A stretch of 64,000 nt of DNA from an uncultured Pseudomonadales bacterium (GTDB taxonomy: Bacteria; Patescibacteriota; Microgenomatia; UBA1400; UBA12028), in contig CAZDWN010000001.1 in the NCBI GenBank assembly GCA_964509365.1, positions 150,966-214,965 on the forward strand. Reading direction: 5' to 3'. Shown here piece after piece: positions 29,860 through 38,807 of this stretch. Below the pieces are notes generated by a model, which was given only the letters and a program-made list of their open reading frames with translations, ran no database searches and had not been told where the DNA came from. Made by a program: the position numbers and the translations under genes. How positions within the stretch are numbered: the stretch's first letter is position 1; each line of letters opens with the position of its first letter.

Positions 29860-30753
29860 TCAAACTGCTTGCAACTTTGCGATATCGAGCTTTTTCATCA
29901 CCATCATTCGTTTGAAGGCACCAGGAGTCTTCATGAGTTCTTCCATGTTCTCAGGAGTGATCTGCCAGCTGACACCAAACTTGTCTTGTAACCAGCCACA
30001 TTGCTCAGACTCTGGGTTTGCCGACAGTTTTTCCCAGTAGGTATCGATCTCTGCCTGATCTTTGCATTTGACCATCAATGAGACCGCTGGACTAAAGTTA
30101 AACTCATGCTCTGGTCCACCATCCATGACCGCAAACCATTGATCAAATAATCTAAAATCGGCGTACGAAAGCTTCCCTGCTCTATCTGCTCCCATTTCTG
30201 CAGGGTACGTATTGATATTGGAACCGACTTCACTGTCAGTAAAGACTGAAGTGTAAAGCTCCATTGCTTCTCTGGCTTTCCCGTCCATATCCTTCGTGAA
30301 GAGGAGTGATGGCACGATCTTTGGTCGCTTTTCACCCGCGGGGTTATTGAGCATCAATTGCCAGCTGTATCCATACTTATCTTGCACCCAACCGTAGTAT
30401 GTACTGAACGGATATTCTCTAAGCTCCATAAGAGCCTTCCCTCCTTCGATCAGTTTGTTCCACAGGGCATCACTTTCTTCTTTTGTGTCACAAGTGTAGA
30501 AAAAGGAAATTGAAGGATTGGGTTTGAATGTGCTATCCGCATTGATGGTGAGAAAGCGATACCCAGCAAGTTCAAAATCAACCGTCAGTACTTTTCCGGC
30601 CAGATCTTTTTGAAAGTTAGCCAACCCTTGCGCTTCTGATTGCGGATAATAGGAGGTGGAATTGATTTTGCTGTTTGGGAAGACAGAGATATAGAAGTCC
30701 ACGGCTTCTTTCGCGTTATGATCAAACCAGAGGTTGGGAACAATTTTTTGCAT
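29860..30753 (-). CDS. VOC/PhnB-like protein carrying two 3-demethylubiquinone-9 3-methyltransferase-like (PF06983-type) domains.
   Basis: Two tandem ~140-aa halves, each beginning with K-I-V-P-x-L-x-F/W (MQKIVPNLWFD... and KIVPSLLFTKD...), as in PhnB/glyoxalase-like proteins. Confidence 0.6.
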   Translation of the reverse strand: MQKIVPNLWFDHNAKEAVDFYISVFPNSKINSTSYYPQSEAQGLANFQKDLAGKVLTVDFELAGYRFLTINADSTFKPNPSISFFYTCDTKEESDALWNKLIEGGKALMELREYPFSTYYGWVQDKYGYSWQLMLNNPAGEKRPKIVPSLLFTKDMDGKAREAMELYTSVFTDSEVGSNINTYPAEMGADRAGKLSYADFRLFDQWFAVMDGGPEHEFNFSPAVSLMVKCKDQAEIDTYWEKLSANPESEQCGWLQDKFGVSWQITPENMEELMKTPGAFKRMMVMKKLDIAKLQAV

Positions 30754-30819
30754 AGATAAGTATTTTAATATATGAAAAGCAATAAAGCACCTGAAACTAT
30801 GTAAGAATTCGCACAGAGC

Positions 30820-31620
30820 TTAGTTAGAATACCTGTTTGCAGTCGAGCTAAAGATGGGAGGAACTATCTTTTTTTCTCTTTTCTCCCCATCCGTAAGATC
30901 CTGGTATCCAGTGAAAATGATGCCACCAGCTTCTCGAACTGTCTGAATACCTGATAGTGTTGATGGGAAGGTCAACATAAAATCTGCCATATCATCTGGG
31001 ACGAGCAATCGTATGGATTTATTCAGTCGTTCTTGAGTGCGCTGTAGTGTATCTACATTTGCACTTTTTGACTCAGAAACAATTATGCTTGATTGGACCG
31101 CCAGATATTCACTGCGGAGAATATGTGCCAAATGAATACTTTGCTTTTCGAGTGTCCATTCTTTAATATTTTCCAAGTTCCGTTCTGCCAATTCTTGTCC
31201 TCGAATGTGCATTTCATATTTTTTAGCCATGTGAAATCTGTTCACCGCTAAAACATCTGTGTCAATTTGACCATCATCTTTTACCTCTCCAGCAGTTTGG
31301 ATGACGGCACCGCCAGACTCACCGGGCTTTAGGAAATAACCTCTTTTTTCTCGACCTCGCCGAATGATTTCTGGATCTACATTGAGCCATTGTTCCAAAG
31401 TTGCATCAGGGTCAGCTTCGTACATTGCGTCTGCATACTTTTTGATTGCTCGCTTTTGTTCTGATATTTGAGATTCCAAAGATTCTACGATCAACTCTCT
31501 GAAAAGAGCAAACACACTTTCCTTCGACTGAAAATCTTCTGCACCCATTTCAGCTATTCTGTGAATGATGGTTTGTTCACGCACTTGTGGGTTAGGATTT
31601 TCGAAATATTCTAGAGACAT
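30820..31620 (-). CDS. Hypothetical protein.
   Basis: A 266-aa soluble protein with no motifs recognised. Confidence 0.45.
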   Translation of the reverse strand: MSLEYFENPNPQVREQTIIHRIAEMGAEDFQSKESVFALFRELIVESLESQISEQKRAIKKYADAMYEADPDATLEQWLNVDPEIIRRGREKRGYFLKPGESGGAVIQTAGEVKDDGQIDTDVLAVNRFHMAKKYEMHIRGQELAERNLENIKEWTLEKQSIHLAHILRSEYLAVQSSIIVSESKSANVDTLQRTQERLNKSIRLLVPDDMADFMLTFPSTLSGIQTVREAGGIIFTGYQDLTDGEKREKKIVPPIFSSTANRYSN

Positions 31621-31680
31621 AGAGACAAGTATATCGCAAGGCTAAATAAAGTCTCGCGGAAGGAATGAGCAGTGAGCAGC

Positions 31681-31705
31681 ATACAAGCAGTTTACATGCT
31701 TGTAT
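31681..31705. repeat. Conserved 25-nt hairpin (family C), copy a.
   Basis: ATACAAGC-agtttacat-GCTTGTAT. The core is identical, in opposite orientation, to 43256..43280. Confidence 0.6.
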
Positions 31706-31891
31706 CAGGTACTCGTGGAGGGCTTGCACTGAGCCCGCCGAAGTGATGTTCGAGAGTATTGTTTAATGACGGCATACACTTTATTAGAAAGCGCACGACC
31801 TTCGAACGATTTGGAATAAAATTAACTCTTTTGATATTGAAAGGATTCAATATTTCCTAAATCCAAAACCAACAGTTATTCTTTTACAAAC

Positions 31892-32488
31892 TTAAATCGA
31901 CATGAGTGGTTCCAAGGGCTCGTAGGTTGCAAATATTATTCCGTTAGAGGTAATTTTTGCATCTACCTGTTTAAATCGTTCTGGACGTGTGCCTTCGGCA
32001 AATAATTTTTTGCCAGTGCCGATAGTAACGGGAAATGTCCAGAGATGCATTCGATCTATGAGGTGGTGTTTAAGTAATGTTTGTATAAGGTTACTACTAC
32101 CCCATACCCACAAGTCAGGACCATCGGTATCTTTAAGCTTTTTTATTTCTTTCACTACATCTCCCGTAATAAGTTCAGAATTGCTCCAAGTGAGTTCAAA
32201 TGGTTTGTGTGAGACCACATATTTTCTCGCCTTACTATAGGGTTTTCCCCAATGTGGTTCATCTTCGTGGTCCGGCCAGAAGGCAGCAAAAATGTCATAC
32301 GTGCGTCTTCCAAAAAGCAGATCAAATTGATCAGCCTGTATTCTATCAGTGATCTTATCAGCTTCTTCATCCCAACCAACCATCCAACCCCCATATTTAA
32401 ATCCTTCTGAGGCATCCTCCTTCGATGCGCCCGGAGCTTGCATAACGCCGTCAAGAGTAAGCATTGTGGTAGTTATGATTTTTCGCAT
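31892..32488 (-). CDS. Dihydrofolate reductase-like (RibD C-terminal domain family) protein.
   Basis: N-terminal MRKIITTTMLTLDGVMQAPG and the overall ~190-aa DHFR-like fold pattern of the YwjB/RibD_C family. Confidence 0.65.
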   Translation of the reverse strand: MRKIITTTMLTLDGVMQAPGASKEDASEGFKYGGWMVGWDEEADKITDRIQADQFDLLFGRRTYDIFAAFWPDHEDEPHWGKPYSKARKYVVSHKPFELTWSNSELITGDVVKEIKKLKDTDGPDLWVWGSSNLIQTLLKHHLIDRMHLWTFPVTIGTGKKLFAEGTRPERFKQVDAKITSNGIIFATYEPLEPLMSI

Positions 32489-32539
32489 AGTTAAATCATA
32501 TCAAAGATGGAGAGTTCGATGTTAGTACTTCAAGGGTTG

Positions 32540-32568
32540 GCAGGGACTCGTGGAGGATGTCAGAACCT
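32540..32568. repeat. Direct repeat family E, copy 1 (GCAGGGACTCGTGGAGGATGTnnGAACCTA).
   Basis: 27/29 identity with 33079..33107. The two copies flank ORF 32600..32974. Confidence 0.65.
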
Positions 32569-32599
32569 ATTTAGCAACACAGTACGGGATGTACTATTC

Positions 32600-32974
32600 T
32601 TAAACTTTTATATAGTCACGTTGATCTTTAAGTCGCCAAAGATATTCTTCCTTTTGTATCGTGAGCTTGTTGTTCATATCGTATGCATAGATTGGCGAAA
32701 AAATATCTTCGATATGACTACCAAAAAATACTTTTCCCATATCCCTGTTTCCCACTGCTCCTAGTTTCCGATAAGAATCTGGATCTTTTCCAGACTCAAG
32801 AGCCTGAATCTCAAAAGCATACTGATTCGCAAGGAGTGTCCCTGAAGACCGAATAGCACTGTCCATAATTATTTCTGGATGATCTTCATTTATAAGTTCT
32901 TCTAATTGTCTCCTCACATCACTAAGACGATCCAAGGGGTGTTGATCAATACTTGGTTTTTGCGCTTCGTTCAT
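32600..32974 (-). CDS. Hypothetical protein, flanked by the family-E direct repeats. The start is at the internal MNEAQKPS.
   Basis: ORF between the direct repeats. The upstream part of the track ORF would overlap the GIY-YIG gene and the repeat. Confidence 0.4.
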   Translation of the reverse strand: MNEAQKPSIDQHPLDRLSDVRRQLEELINEDHPEIIMDSAIRSSGTLLANQYAFEIQALESGKDPDSYRKLGAVGNRDMGKVFFGSHIEDIFSPIYAYDMNNKLTIQKEEYLWRLKDQRDYIKV

Positions 32975-33078
32975 AGGGTGCAAGTATATCAAACTGATCA
33001 AGGACGGAAGGAATGTAGTCGGAAAGTGAGCTATTTTGGTTTGATTTGCTCGCCTATTATTTAGGTTTGAGCCTGTTT

Positions 33079-33107
33079 GCAGGGACTCGTGGAGGATGTT
33101 CGAACCT
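33079..33107. repeat. Direct repeat family E, copy 2.
   Basis: See 32540..32568. Confidence 0.65.
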
Positions 33108-33357
33108 ACTTCAAAGTATCTTCCAACATTCTGTGAATCTTGTCCCAACCTCTCGTAGTCTTTAGATACTTTTCCATTTCCGTTGCATCTTTTTTCGAGA
33201 TAAAACCTTCATAATGAATCAATTTAAATGGTCTTCGACCTTTGGTTGCAAACGCTTCACCGCTCTCATGTTCTTTTATTCTTCTTTTCAAATCACTCGT
33301 ATATCCGATATAAAGACCTCTGTCTTTTTGGCTCTGCAAAATATAAACATAAAACAT
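33106..33357 (-). CDS. GIY-YIG nuclease domain protein.
   Basis: MFYVYILQSQKDRGLYIGYTSDLKRRIKEH contains the GIY...YIG motif and the downstream R and E residues. Confidence 0.7.
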   Translation of the reverse strand: MFYVYILQSQKDRGLYIGYTSDLKRRIKEHESGEAFATKGRRPFKLIHYEGFISKKDATEMEKYLKTTRGWDKIHRMLEDTLK

Positions 33358-33445
33358 GAAAAAATAACACCTTTGTGCTGAATTTCGAAGATATGATGAA
33401 GGTCACAATTTGGAGAAAGTAAGGTGAAATTTAGGAAATTGGCAG

Positions 33446-33470
33446 GCTACAAGCGTGTAAACCGCTTGTA
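33446..33470. repeat. Conserved 25-nt hairpin (family C), copy b.
   Basis: CTACAAGCG-tgtaaac-CGCTTGTAG. Relative to the other copies it carries a compensatory A/T to G/C change in the stem. It abuts the 3' end of tRNA-Trp. Confidence 0.6.
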
Positions 33471-33541
33471 GCAGGGGCGGAAGGAGTCGGACCTTCGTCA
33501 AAGGTTTTGGAGACCTCTATTCTACCGCTGAACTACGCCCC
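33471..33541 (-). tRNA. tRNA-Trp (anticodon CCA).
   Basis: Hand-folded cloverleaf: acceptor AGGGGCG/CGCCCCT, D-arm GTTC/GAAT, anticodon stem GAGGT/ACCTT with loop CTCCAAA, T-arm GAAGG-TCCGACT-CCTTC. The 3' CCA is not encoded. Confidence 0.7.
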
Positions 33542-33610
33542 TAACTTGCTTATTGTACCATCTGGCTCAGGCTTTTTTAGTGCGTCCGAAATATGTTACG
33601 CTAGACTTCT

Positions 33611-34921
33611 ATGTTGGACATGTTTGAAAACCTCTCCATTCTCAATAAAGACAAAGAGCTTCTGGAAAAGACAAAAGTGCCGATCGTGACTGTAGCTGCA
33701 AGTTTTCGCGATGAGCTTGCGAGATTTCATGGAGTGGCTGATTATTTTGGCTATACCGAGGATGAAGTGCTCTTTTCTCGTGCCCACTACAGTATGGCGT
33801 TGGCTGCAGTCATCTCTGCCTGGAAAGATCACGGCACAGATCCCAAAAAAGCTTGGCTTGTCGATCCGACAAACTACGTCACTCGCCACGATTGGGGCAA
33901 AGTGGCGTTTACCGAGGAAGTTGGCAAGCTCATGGCGCGCAACTCTCCTCTCAAGTGGCTCAAAGACCAAGTCGATACCAGAGTGCGGCAAAAGCTACCG
34001 ATCACTGGTGCCATCACTACCCCACTCCTCTACTTGTTTGAGCATGTTGAGCGGCCAATTTTGTCATTCCATTATGAAGCTGGGAATATCTTGGCTTCGC
34101 AAGGAAAACTCGTCGTCCAAGTCGTCACTGATCCTCACGTCAGGCCACAATATCTCGAATATGCGCAGCTACCGACGATGCGATTTTGCGTCTTTGATGA
34201 GAAGACAAAGATGGACTTTCTAGAGTTGGCCGATGTGATGGATAAAAAGGTAGATCCGAGACGTGTGATCGTGACCGGACCGCCAGTCGACCCGCGCGTA
34301 ACTGCTTGTCGAAAAAAGAAAAATCCGACTGACTACAAAGAGCGACCACTTCGACTCGTGCTTGCGACTGGTGGACTGGGGACAAATAAGCTCGAGATCG
34401 AACATTGTCTCCGCTCGCTCGCTCCTTTTATTCGAGGCAACAAGATCCAAGTGATCGTCTACGCAGGGGTCCATGAAGATCTCCGTGAGAGTATTCACAG
34501 CATCGCCAACCAAGAAGGTCTCACCACTTCAAATCGCAAAGACCTCGATGCTCCACTCCGGATCCTTCACTCGCCGCACATCGTCGAAGCAAATGAACTT
34601 CTTATCACATATGCATTCCCATGGGCAGATGGGTTTGTCACCAAACCGAGTGGAGATATGGCCTATGATGCAGCCGCCGCTGGATGTTTCCTGCTGACCC
34701 TTGAGCCTTGGGGAGAATGGGAACACAACATCAGAGATATTTTTGAGCAACGAGGGATCAGCCGACGCGCGATACCTGAAGAATTTGCCAAACAGCTCGA
34801 TAGTCTGCTTGAAAAAAACGGATCAAAACCTTGGATTGAGATGGCGATTGAAAAGGCACTCGATCTCCCCAATGATTTTATTCATGGGATTGAGCATATT
34901 CTGGCTCAGATGCCAAATTAA
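33611..34921 (+). CDS. Glycosyltransferase of the MGDG-synthase/UgtP-like family (diacylglycerol glycosyltransferase-like).
   Basis: The C-terminal half aligns by eye with B. subtilis UgtP: VTGPPVDPRV vs ITGIPIRPQF, VTKPSGDMAYDAAAAG vs ITKPGGITLTEATAIG, and EPWGEWEHN...EQRG vs PVPGQEKEN...EDRG. Confidence 0.5.
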   Translation: MLDMFENLSILNKDKELLEKTKVPIVTVAASFRDELARFHGVADYFGYTEDEVLFSRAHYSMALAAVISAWKDHGTDPKKAWLVDPTNYVTRHDWGKVAFTEEVGKLMARNSPLKWLKDQVDTRVRQKLPITGAITTPLLYLFEHVERPILSFHYEAGNILASQGKLVVQVVTDPHVRPQYLEYAQLPTMRFCVFDEKTKMDFLELADVMDKKVDPRRVIVTGPPVDPRVTACRKKKNPTDYKERPLRLVLATGGLGTNKLEIEHCLRSLAPFIRGNKIQVIVYAGVHEDLRESIHSIANQEGLTTSNRKDLDAPLRILHSPHIVEANELLITYAFPWADGFVTKPSGDMAYDAAAAGCFLLTLEPWGEWEHNIRDIFEQRGISRRAIPEEFAKQLDSLLEKNGSKPWIEMAIEKALDLPNDFIHGIEHILAQMPN

Positions 34922-35643
34922 TTCTTCTCAAGAGTACCGACCAGGGCGCAGTGATCACTGACTCCATCCACGACGCGGACATCGGAAGCCGTATACCCTG
35001 CGCCAGTGAAAAAGCCATCGACGACGAACTGGATGCCTGACACTCTGTGGAGATGCTGATCTATAGTCGTGGTTACATCTGTTGGAATGTTATCCACATA
35101 GTGACTCGCCAGGATATCAAATGTTTGGTTGCCTCGGGGAGCATTGAAGTCACCACAAAGCAGTGAAGGTTTCACTTCTTCAAGCTTTGATATGAGATTT
35201 TTAAGATCTTCTCGTTGCAGCTCAGTTGCCTCCCCTTTCCACGACCAAGTGAAATGAGTCGTGGCGATGCGGTAGATCTCTCCCTCTTGTTCTACATCAA
35301 TCCATACCAAACCACGTCGACAGCCTTCGGGTTTACTATCCAAGATGCTGAGGTCTACTGGCTGGCTCTCGTAATAAAAGGAGCCACTCTTTGTGATGGG
35401 AAGTTTTGAAAATATAACAGCTCCTTCGACACCTTTTGGCGCTTTGCGGAATGGATTCGGCTCGCTCACGGTACTCATCGGAATGTAGCGGTAATCGGGG
35501 GAGATATTTGAAATAAAGAGTGGAAGATCCACTTCGTAGACTTCCTGCATGCAAATGACGTCGGGTTTTTCACGCTCGAGAAATGCCAGAACAGTGTCAA
35601 AATGGTTGTCACCTTCAATGTTGACGGAGGCTACTTTCAGCAT
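34918..35643 (-). CDS. Endonuclease/exonuclease/phosphatase (EEP) family protein.
   Basis: N-terminal LKVASVNIEG...DVICMQEV and the C-terminal SDHCALV motif of the EEP fold. Confidence 0.7.
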   Translation of the reverse strand: MLKVASVNIEGDNHFDTVLAFLEREKPDVICMQEVYEVDLPLFISNISPDYRYIPMSTVSEPNPFRKAPKGVEGAVIFSKLPITKSGSFYYESQPVDLSILDSKPEGCRRGLVWIDVEQEGEIYRIATTHFTWSWKGEATELQREDLKNLISKLEEVKPSLLCGDFNAPRGNQTFDILASHYVDNIPTDVTTTIDQHLHRVSGIQFVVDGFFTGAGYTASDVRVVDGVSDHCALVGTLEKN

Positions 35644-35667
35644 ATCTAAAAGCTACCAGCTAAAAGC

Positions 35668-35859
35668 TTACTTGAGTTTCTCTACTTCTTTGTGAAGTGT
35701 GTGTTTGCGAAGGATCTTGTCGTACTTCATGAGTTCGAGTTTCCCCTTGCCTTTTTCCTGTTGATTGCGCTTGTTGCGACTCGTGTAGTGGGTGATATGA
35801 CCACTCTCAATACTTTTGAGTGCGACGGTGCCTCGTGGTCCTTTTTTTGCTTTTGCCAT
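35668..35859 (-). CDS. rpmG: 50S ribosomal protein L33 (zinc-less variant).
   Basis: GHITHYTSRNKRNQQEKGKGKLELMKYDKILRKHTLHKE matches the L33 pattern HFYTTTKNKR..PEKLEL.K.DP..R.H..YKE. Confidence 0.75.
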   Translation of the reverse strand: MAKAKKGPRGTVALKSIESGHITHYTSRNKRNQQEKGKGKLELMKYDKILRKHTLHKEVEKLK

Positions 35860-35889
35860 AATTTCCTTTACAAGTTTGCAGAAACGATA

Positions 35890-36318
35890 TTATACCATGA
35901 GTTTCTCTAGTGAGTTCTTGATGTATTTTGCCTTCCTCCACGCTCTCCCATTCCCCTTATTTAGGTTCCTAAAGTTGGGGCTTAGCGAATGGCAATTTGG
36001 GCAAATCAGTCGTAAATTTTCCTCATTACAATTTTCTGAATTCCCATCTCTGTGGTCAATCTCCAGAGGGACTCTGGAGGTAATTGGATTTTGCTTATTC
36101 CATCCACACAGACTGCACTTCTCACCAAACTTTTCCTCGAGATATCGCTTCACGTGGCTCGATATGCCTTTGGTGTTTATTCCCTTGTCGCCTCTCGCTA
36201 GCCCAAGTTTCCACTGCGAAATATACTGTTGATGTTGCGCTCTCATTTGACAGCGGTTTGAGCAAAACCGTCGCTGATCCTTAACAAGGATTTTCTGACA
36301 AACCGGACAGTTCATCAT
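35890..36318 (-). CDS. HNH endonuclease domain protein. The start is at MMNCPVCQ; the longer track ORF reads through tRNA-Thr.
   Basis: N-terminal zinc-ribbon (CPVCQ...CSNRC) and C-terminal HNH (EIDHRDGNSENCNEENLRLICPNCH). Confidence 0.7.
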   Translation of the reverse strand: MMNCPVCQKILVKDQRRFCSNRCQMRAQHQQYISQWKLGLARGDKGINTKGISSHVKRYLEEKFGEKCSLCGWNKQNPITSRVPLEIDHRDGNSENCNEENLRLICPNCHSLSPNFRNLNKGNGRAWRKAKYIKNSLEKLMV

Positions 36319-36323
36319 AGATG

Positions 36324-36396
36324 AGCCTTCGTCGGGAATCGAACCCGAGACCTCAGTCTTACCAAGACTGCGCTCTGCCAACTGAGCTACAAAGGC
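36324..36396 (-). tRNA. tRNA-Thr (anticodon GGU).
   Basis: Hand-folded: acceptor GCCTTTG/CGAAGGC, D-arm GCTC/GAGC, anticodon stem CAGTC/GACTG with loop TTGGTAA, T-arm TCGGG-TTCGATT-CCCGA, discriminator U. Confidence 0.8.
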
Positions 36397-36471
36397 ACGA
36401 GAGATGATTTTAACACGGGTTTTACTCTTTTTGCATACCATTTTCTCTGGTACAATAAGAGACTTAAGATT

Positions 36472-36544
36472 GCCACCTTAGCTCAGCTGGTAGAGCGCCA
36501 CTTTTGTAAAGTGGATGTCCAGGGTTCGAGTCCCTGAGGTGGCT
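36472..36544 (+). tRNA. tRNA-Thr (anticodon UGU).
   Basis: Acceptor GCCACCT/AGGTGGC, D-arm GCTC/GAGC, anticodon stem CCACT/AGTGG with loop TTTGTAA, T-arm CAGGG-TTCGAGT-CCCTG. Confidence 0.8.
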
Positions 36545-36564
36545 CAGGTACAATCGATTAAAAA

Positions 36565-36647
36565 GCTGAGTTACTCAAGCGGTCAACGAGGGCAGACTGT
36601 AAATCTGCTGGCTTTAGCCTACGAAGGTTCGAATCCTTCACTCAGCA
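36565..36647 (+). tRNA. tRNA-Tyr (anticodon GUA), type II with a long variable arm.
   Basis: Acceptor GCTGAGT/ACTCAGC, anticodon stem GCAGA/TCTGC with loop CTGTAAA, long variable arm TGGCTTTAGCCTAC, T-arm GAAGG-TTCGAAT-CCTTC. Confidence 0.8.
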
Positions 36648-36667
36648 CTCTCCAAAAGTAATTAAAA

Positions 36668-36812
36668 GGGCTCCGACCAAAGCAAAAAGAAAAGGATGTG
36701 CTCCCCGCAATTAAGCAGGTGGGTTAGCTGCCGTGGACCATTACAGTTCACGGACTCTGCAATCCCGTAAAACACAGATTTGTCGAGGAAAATATATCCT
36801 TTTCCTGAGTTT
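36668..36812. ncRNA. Candidate structured RNA (~145-nt extended hairpin) between tRNA-Tyr and the 3' end of the MFS transporter gene. Strand and identity are unknown.
   Basis: GGCTCCGACCAAAGC (36670-36684) is almost perfectly complementary to GCTTTGGTGGAGCC (36797-36810). A nested AAAAGGAT (36691-36698) pairs with ATCCTTTT (36781-36788). No ORF is present. Confidence 0.25.
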
Positions 36813-36836
36813 AGCTTTGGTGGAGCCAGCACTATC

Positions 36837-38189
36837 CTACACTAGAGGAGCTCCATAAATCAATCGTTCTACAGAGTGTTGAGGAAGTTTTACTTTACGC
36901 TTGACGTGAATGAACAGAAACAGCGCATAGACCAATGAGACTCCTCCCCAAAACGCAAACACTTTTTGATGACCAATTCTGTCTGACAGAAAACCATTCA
37001 AAATTGGCCCGACGATGTATGCGAAACTGCCGGTCATCGCCGTCAATCCGATAAGGTCATTTCCAAACTCTTTGGCCCTGGCGACATAGTCCTCAAACAC
37101 CGCTGAGATTGCTGGATACCAGATACAAAGTCCGATCGAAGCTATGAACGTCATCGACAAAATAAACCAGATTCCGTTGCCAAACCCTAACAACAAAAAG
37201 CTCAATCCAGCCAGCAGAGCGCTCAGATAGGCAAGTCGTTTTTTTCCATACGGCTTTGACAGTCGAGTGATCAGGAAACCTACAAACAGTCCAGGAATAC
37301 TATAGATACTTACAAAAAAACCACCGAGTGGATGAAGCTCCTTCAAGTGCTCGGCAAACAGAGGTCCAATTGAGAAAAAGGCGGACTCGATCAGGAAAAA
37401 AAGCATCGAGAACCCAATGAGCGGCCAAAGCGTTTTTCCATAGGTCTTCCAAATCGCAAATTCACTGCCAAATGAATGAGGTGCTTTCTCGACCGGCTCA
37501 TGACCAACTTTTTTGCGATAGAGACCCAGATATCCGAGCAGTCCAAACAATACGAGGGAAGCTGCATATGCTCCGATCGCAAATCTGACTGGCAGCGTCA
37601 CGTCATAGCCATACAAAGCACTTGCGAGGATCGGTCCAGTCACCCAAGCAACCGTCCTGATAATACTCGCAGTCCCCCAAGCCCAAGAATGTTCAGAAGC
37701 CGGGACCGTCTCATGAATGGCGTGGAAATTGGCGAAGACCATCGCTTCAAAATAGATACCCCAGGCGAGCATGCCAATTACCGCGGCAGTCAGTGAGTGA
37801 AAGAGTAGGAATGGCAGTGGAAAATAAAACGCAAACAAAAAGAGCAGTCGGAGGAAAAACCAAGAGTTCTTTTGAGGGAAGAGCTTCGCAAATAAGAAAT
37901 CCATGCAAATCCCGATCATTGACGAAGTCGCGAGGACAATACCCATCATGGTGTCATTACCATTGGTCAATTTTTCGATGAGCAATGGAGCCGAGTAGCT
38001 CATCATCGCATCAGCAAGACACAATACCGCCAAGGCTCCACTAAAGAGGAGGTATGTATTTTTCCCAGAAGCAATGAACCCACTGGCGCGTGCACGCAGC
38101 ATAAGATCAGTGTGCGATAGCGGGAGACTATTTGTCAAGAAATGTCTTGATTTTTGCCGCGATGTCCATATAATCGGGAAAATATGCAC
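36837..38189 (-). CDS. Major facilitator superfamily transporter.
   Basis: Twelve TM helices in a 6+6 arrangement, with MFS-like loop motifs. Confidence 0.7.
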   Translation of the reverse strand: MHIFPIIWTSRQKSRHFLTNSLPLSHTDLMLRARASGFIASGKNTYLLFSGALAVLCLADAMMSYSAPLLIEKLTNGNDTMMGIVLATSSMIGICMDFLFAKLFPQKNSWFFLRLLFLFAFYFPLPFLLFHSLTAAVIGMLAWGIYFEAMVFANFHAIHETVPASEHSWAWGTASIIRTVAWVTGPILASALYGYDVTLPVRFAIGAYAASLVLFGLLGYLGLYRKKVGHEPVEKAPHSFGSEFAIWKTYGKTLWPLIGFSMLFFLIESAFFSIGPLFAEHLKELHPLGGFFVSIYSIPGLFVGFLITRLSKPYGKKRLAYLSALLAGLSFLLLGFGNGIWFILSMTFIASIGLCIWYPAISAVFEDYVARAKEFGNDLIGLTAMTGSFAYIVGPILNGFLSDRIGHQKVFAFWGGVSLVYALFLFIHVKRKVKLPQHSVERLIYGAPLV

Positions 38190-38807
38190 GAACTACCCTC
38201 AAGCGAAAGAAAACAAGCTTTTATTGAATTTGCTCGACATAAAGGTGGTGAATTTATTTCACTTCTTTTTCTCGCAGCGACAGATCCGAAGACTCCAGAT
38301 GAAGCGTTTAACATACTTCGTAGACTCGTCGATGAGTATTATCAAGAATGCTCCTCAAAATACCTTGAACTTTTTGAAGATGAGATCCTTCAATCTGCCG
38401 AAGCAGAGTTCCAATTCAGTGATGATATTGATAATGAAGAAGATATCATGCAATCGCTCCTCAAAGAGAACCCTTGGTATGCCACACTCCACTTCCTTTG
38501 GTTTCGGACTGAAGAGATAGCAAATGCTCTTCAGAATGAAGGACCAGATATCGAAGTCATGAACTATGCCATAGAACACGGGAAAAGGATGTTTCCTGAT
38601 AATGAAGCTCAAATCGATGCCGAGAATAATGATCGTATGATCAATTCACAAAAGCTGTATAGGAAGATTCAACGCTCAGGTATCACTAAGATCCTGATTT
38701 CAGAAATGGGCACAATTAAGAAATATGAAGAGCTGTCTACTTCTCAGGACAGGACAATGGATGTCATTGCAAATCTCTTTGTACAGATGAGCAGTCTCAA
38801 AGTTTAG
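38154..38807 (+). CDS. Hypothetical acidic protein (the start is probably the internal MHELPSS at 38184).
   Basis: Soluble protein rich in E/D, with no motifs. Confidence 0.4.
   Translation: MPRCPYNRENMHELPSSERKQAFIEFARHKGGEFISLLFLAATDPKTPDEAFNILRRLVDEYYQECSSKYLELFEDEILQSAEAEFQFSDDIDNEEDIMQSLLKENPWYATLHFLWFRTEEIANALQNEGPDIEVMNYAIEHGKRMFPDNEAQIDAENNDRMINSQKLYRKIQRSGITKILISEMGTIKKYEELSTSQDRTMDVIANLFVQMSSLKV

Noticed and set aside
33611-34223. Alternative ORFs 33596..33991- and 33711..34223+ overlapping the UgtP-like gene
   Set aside because: The 436-aa frame carries the family-specific motifs. The others are shadow ORFs.
36319-36441. N-terminal 41 codons of the HNH track ORF (35890..36441)
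   Set aside because: This segment is the reverse complement of tRNA-Thr(GGU). It is a read-through artefact, and the CDS starts at MMNCPVCQ (36318).
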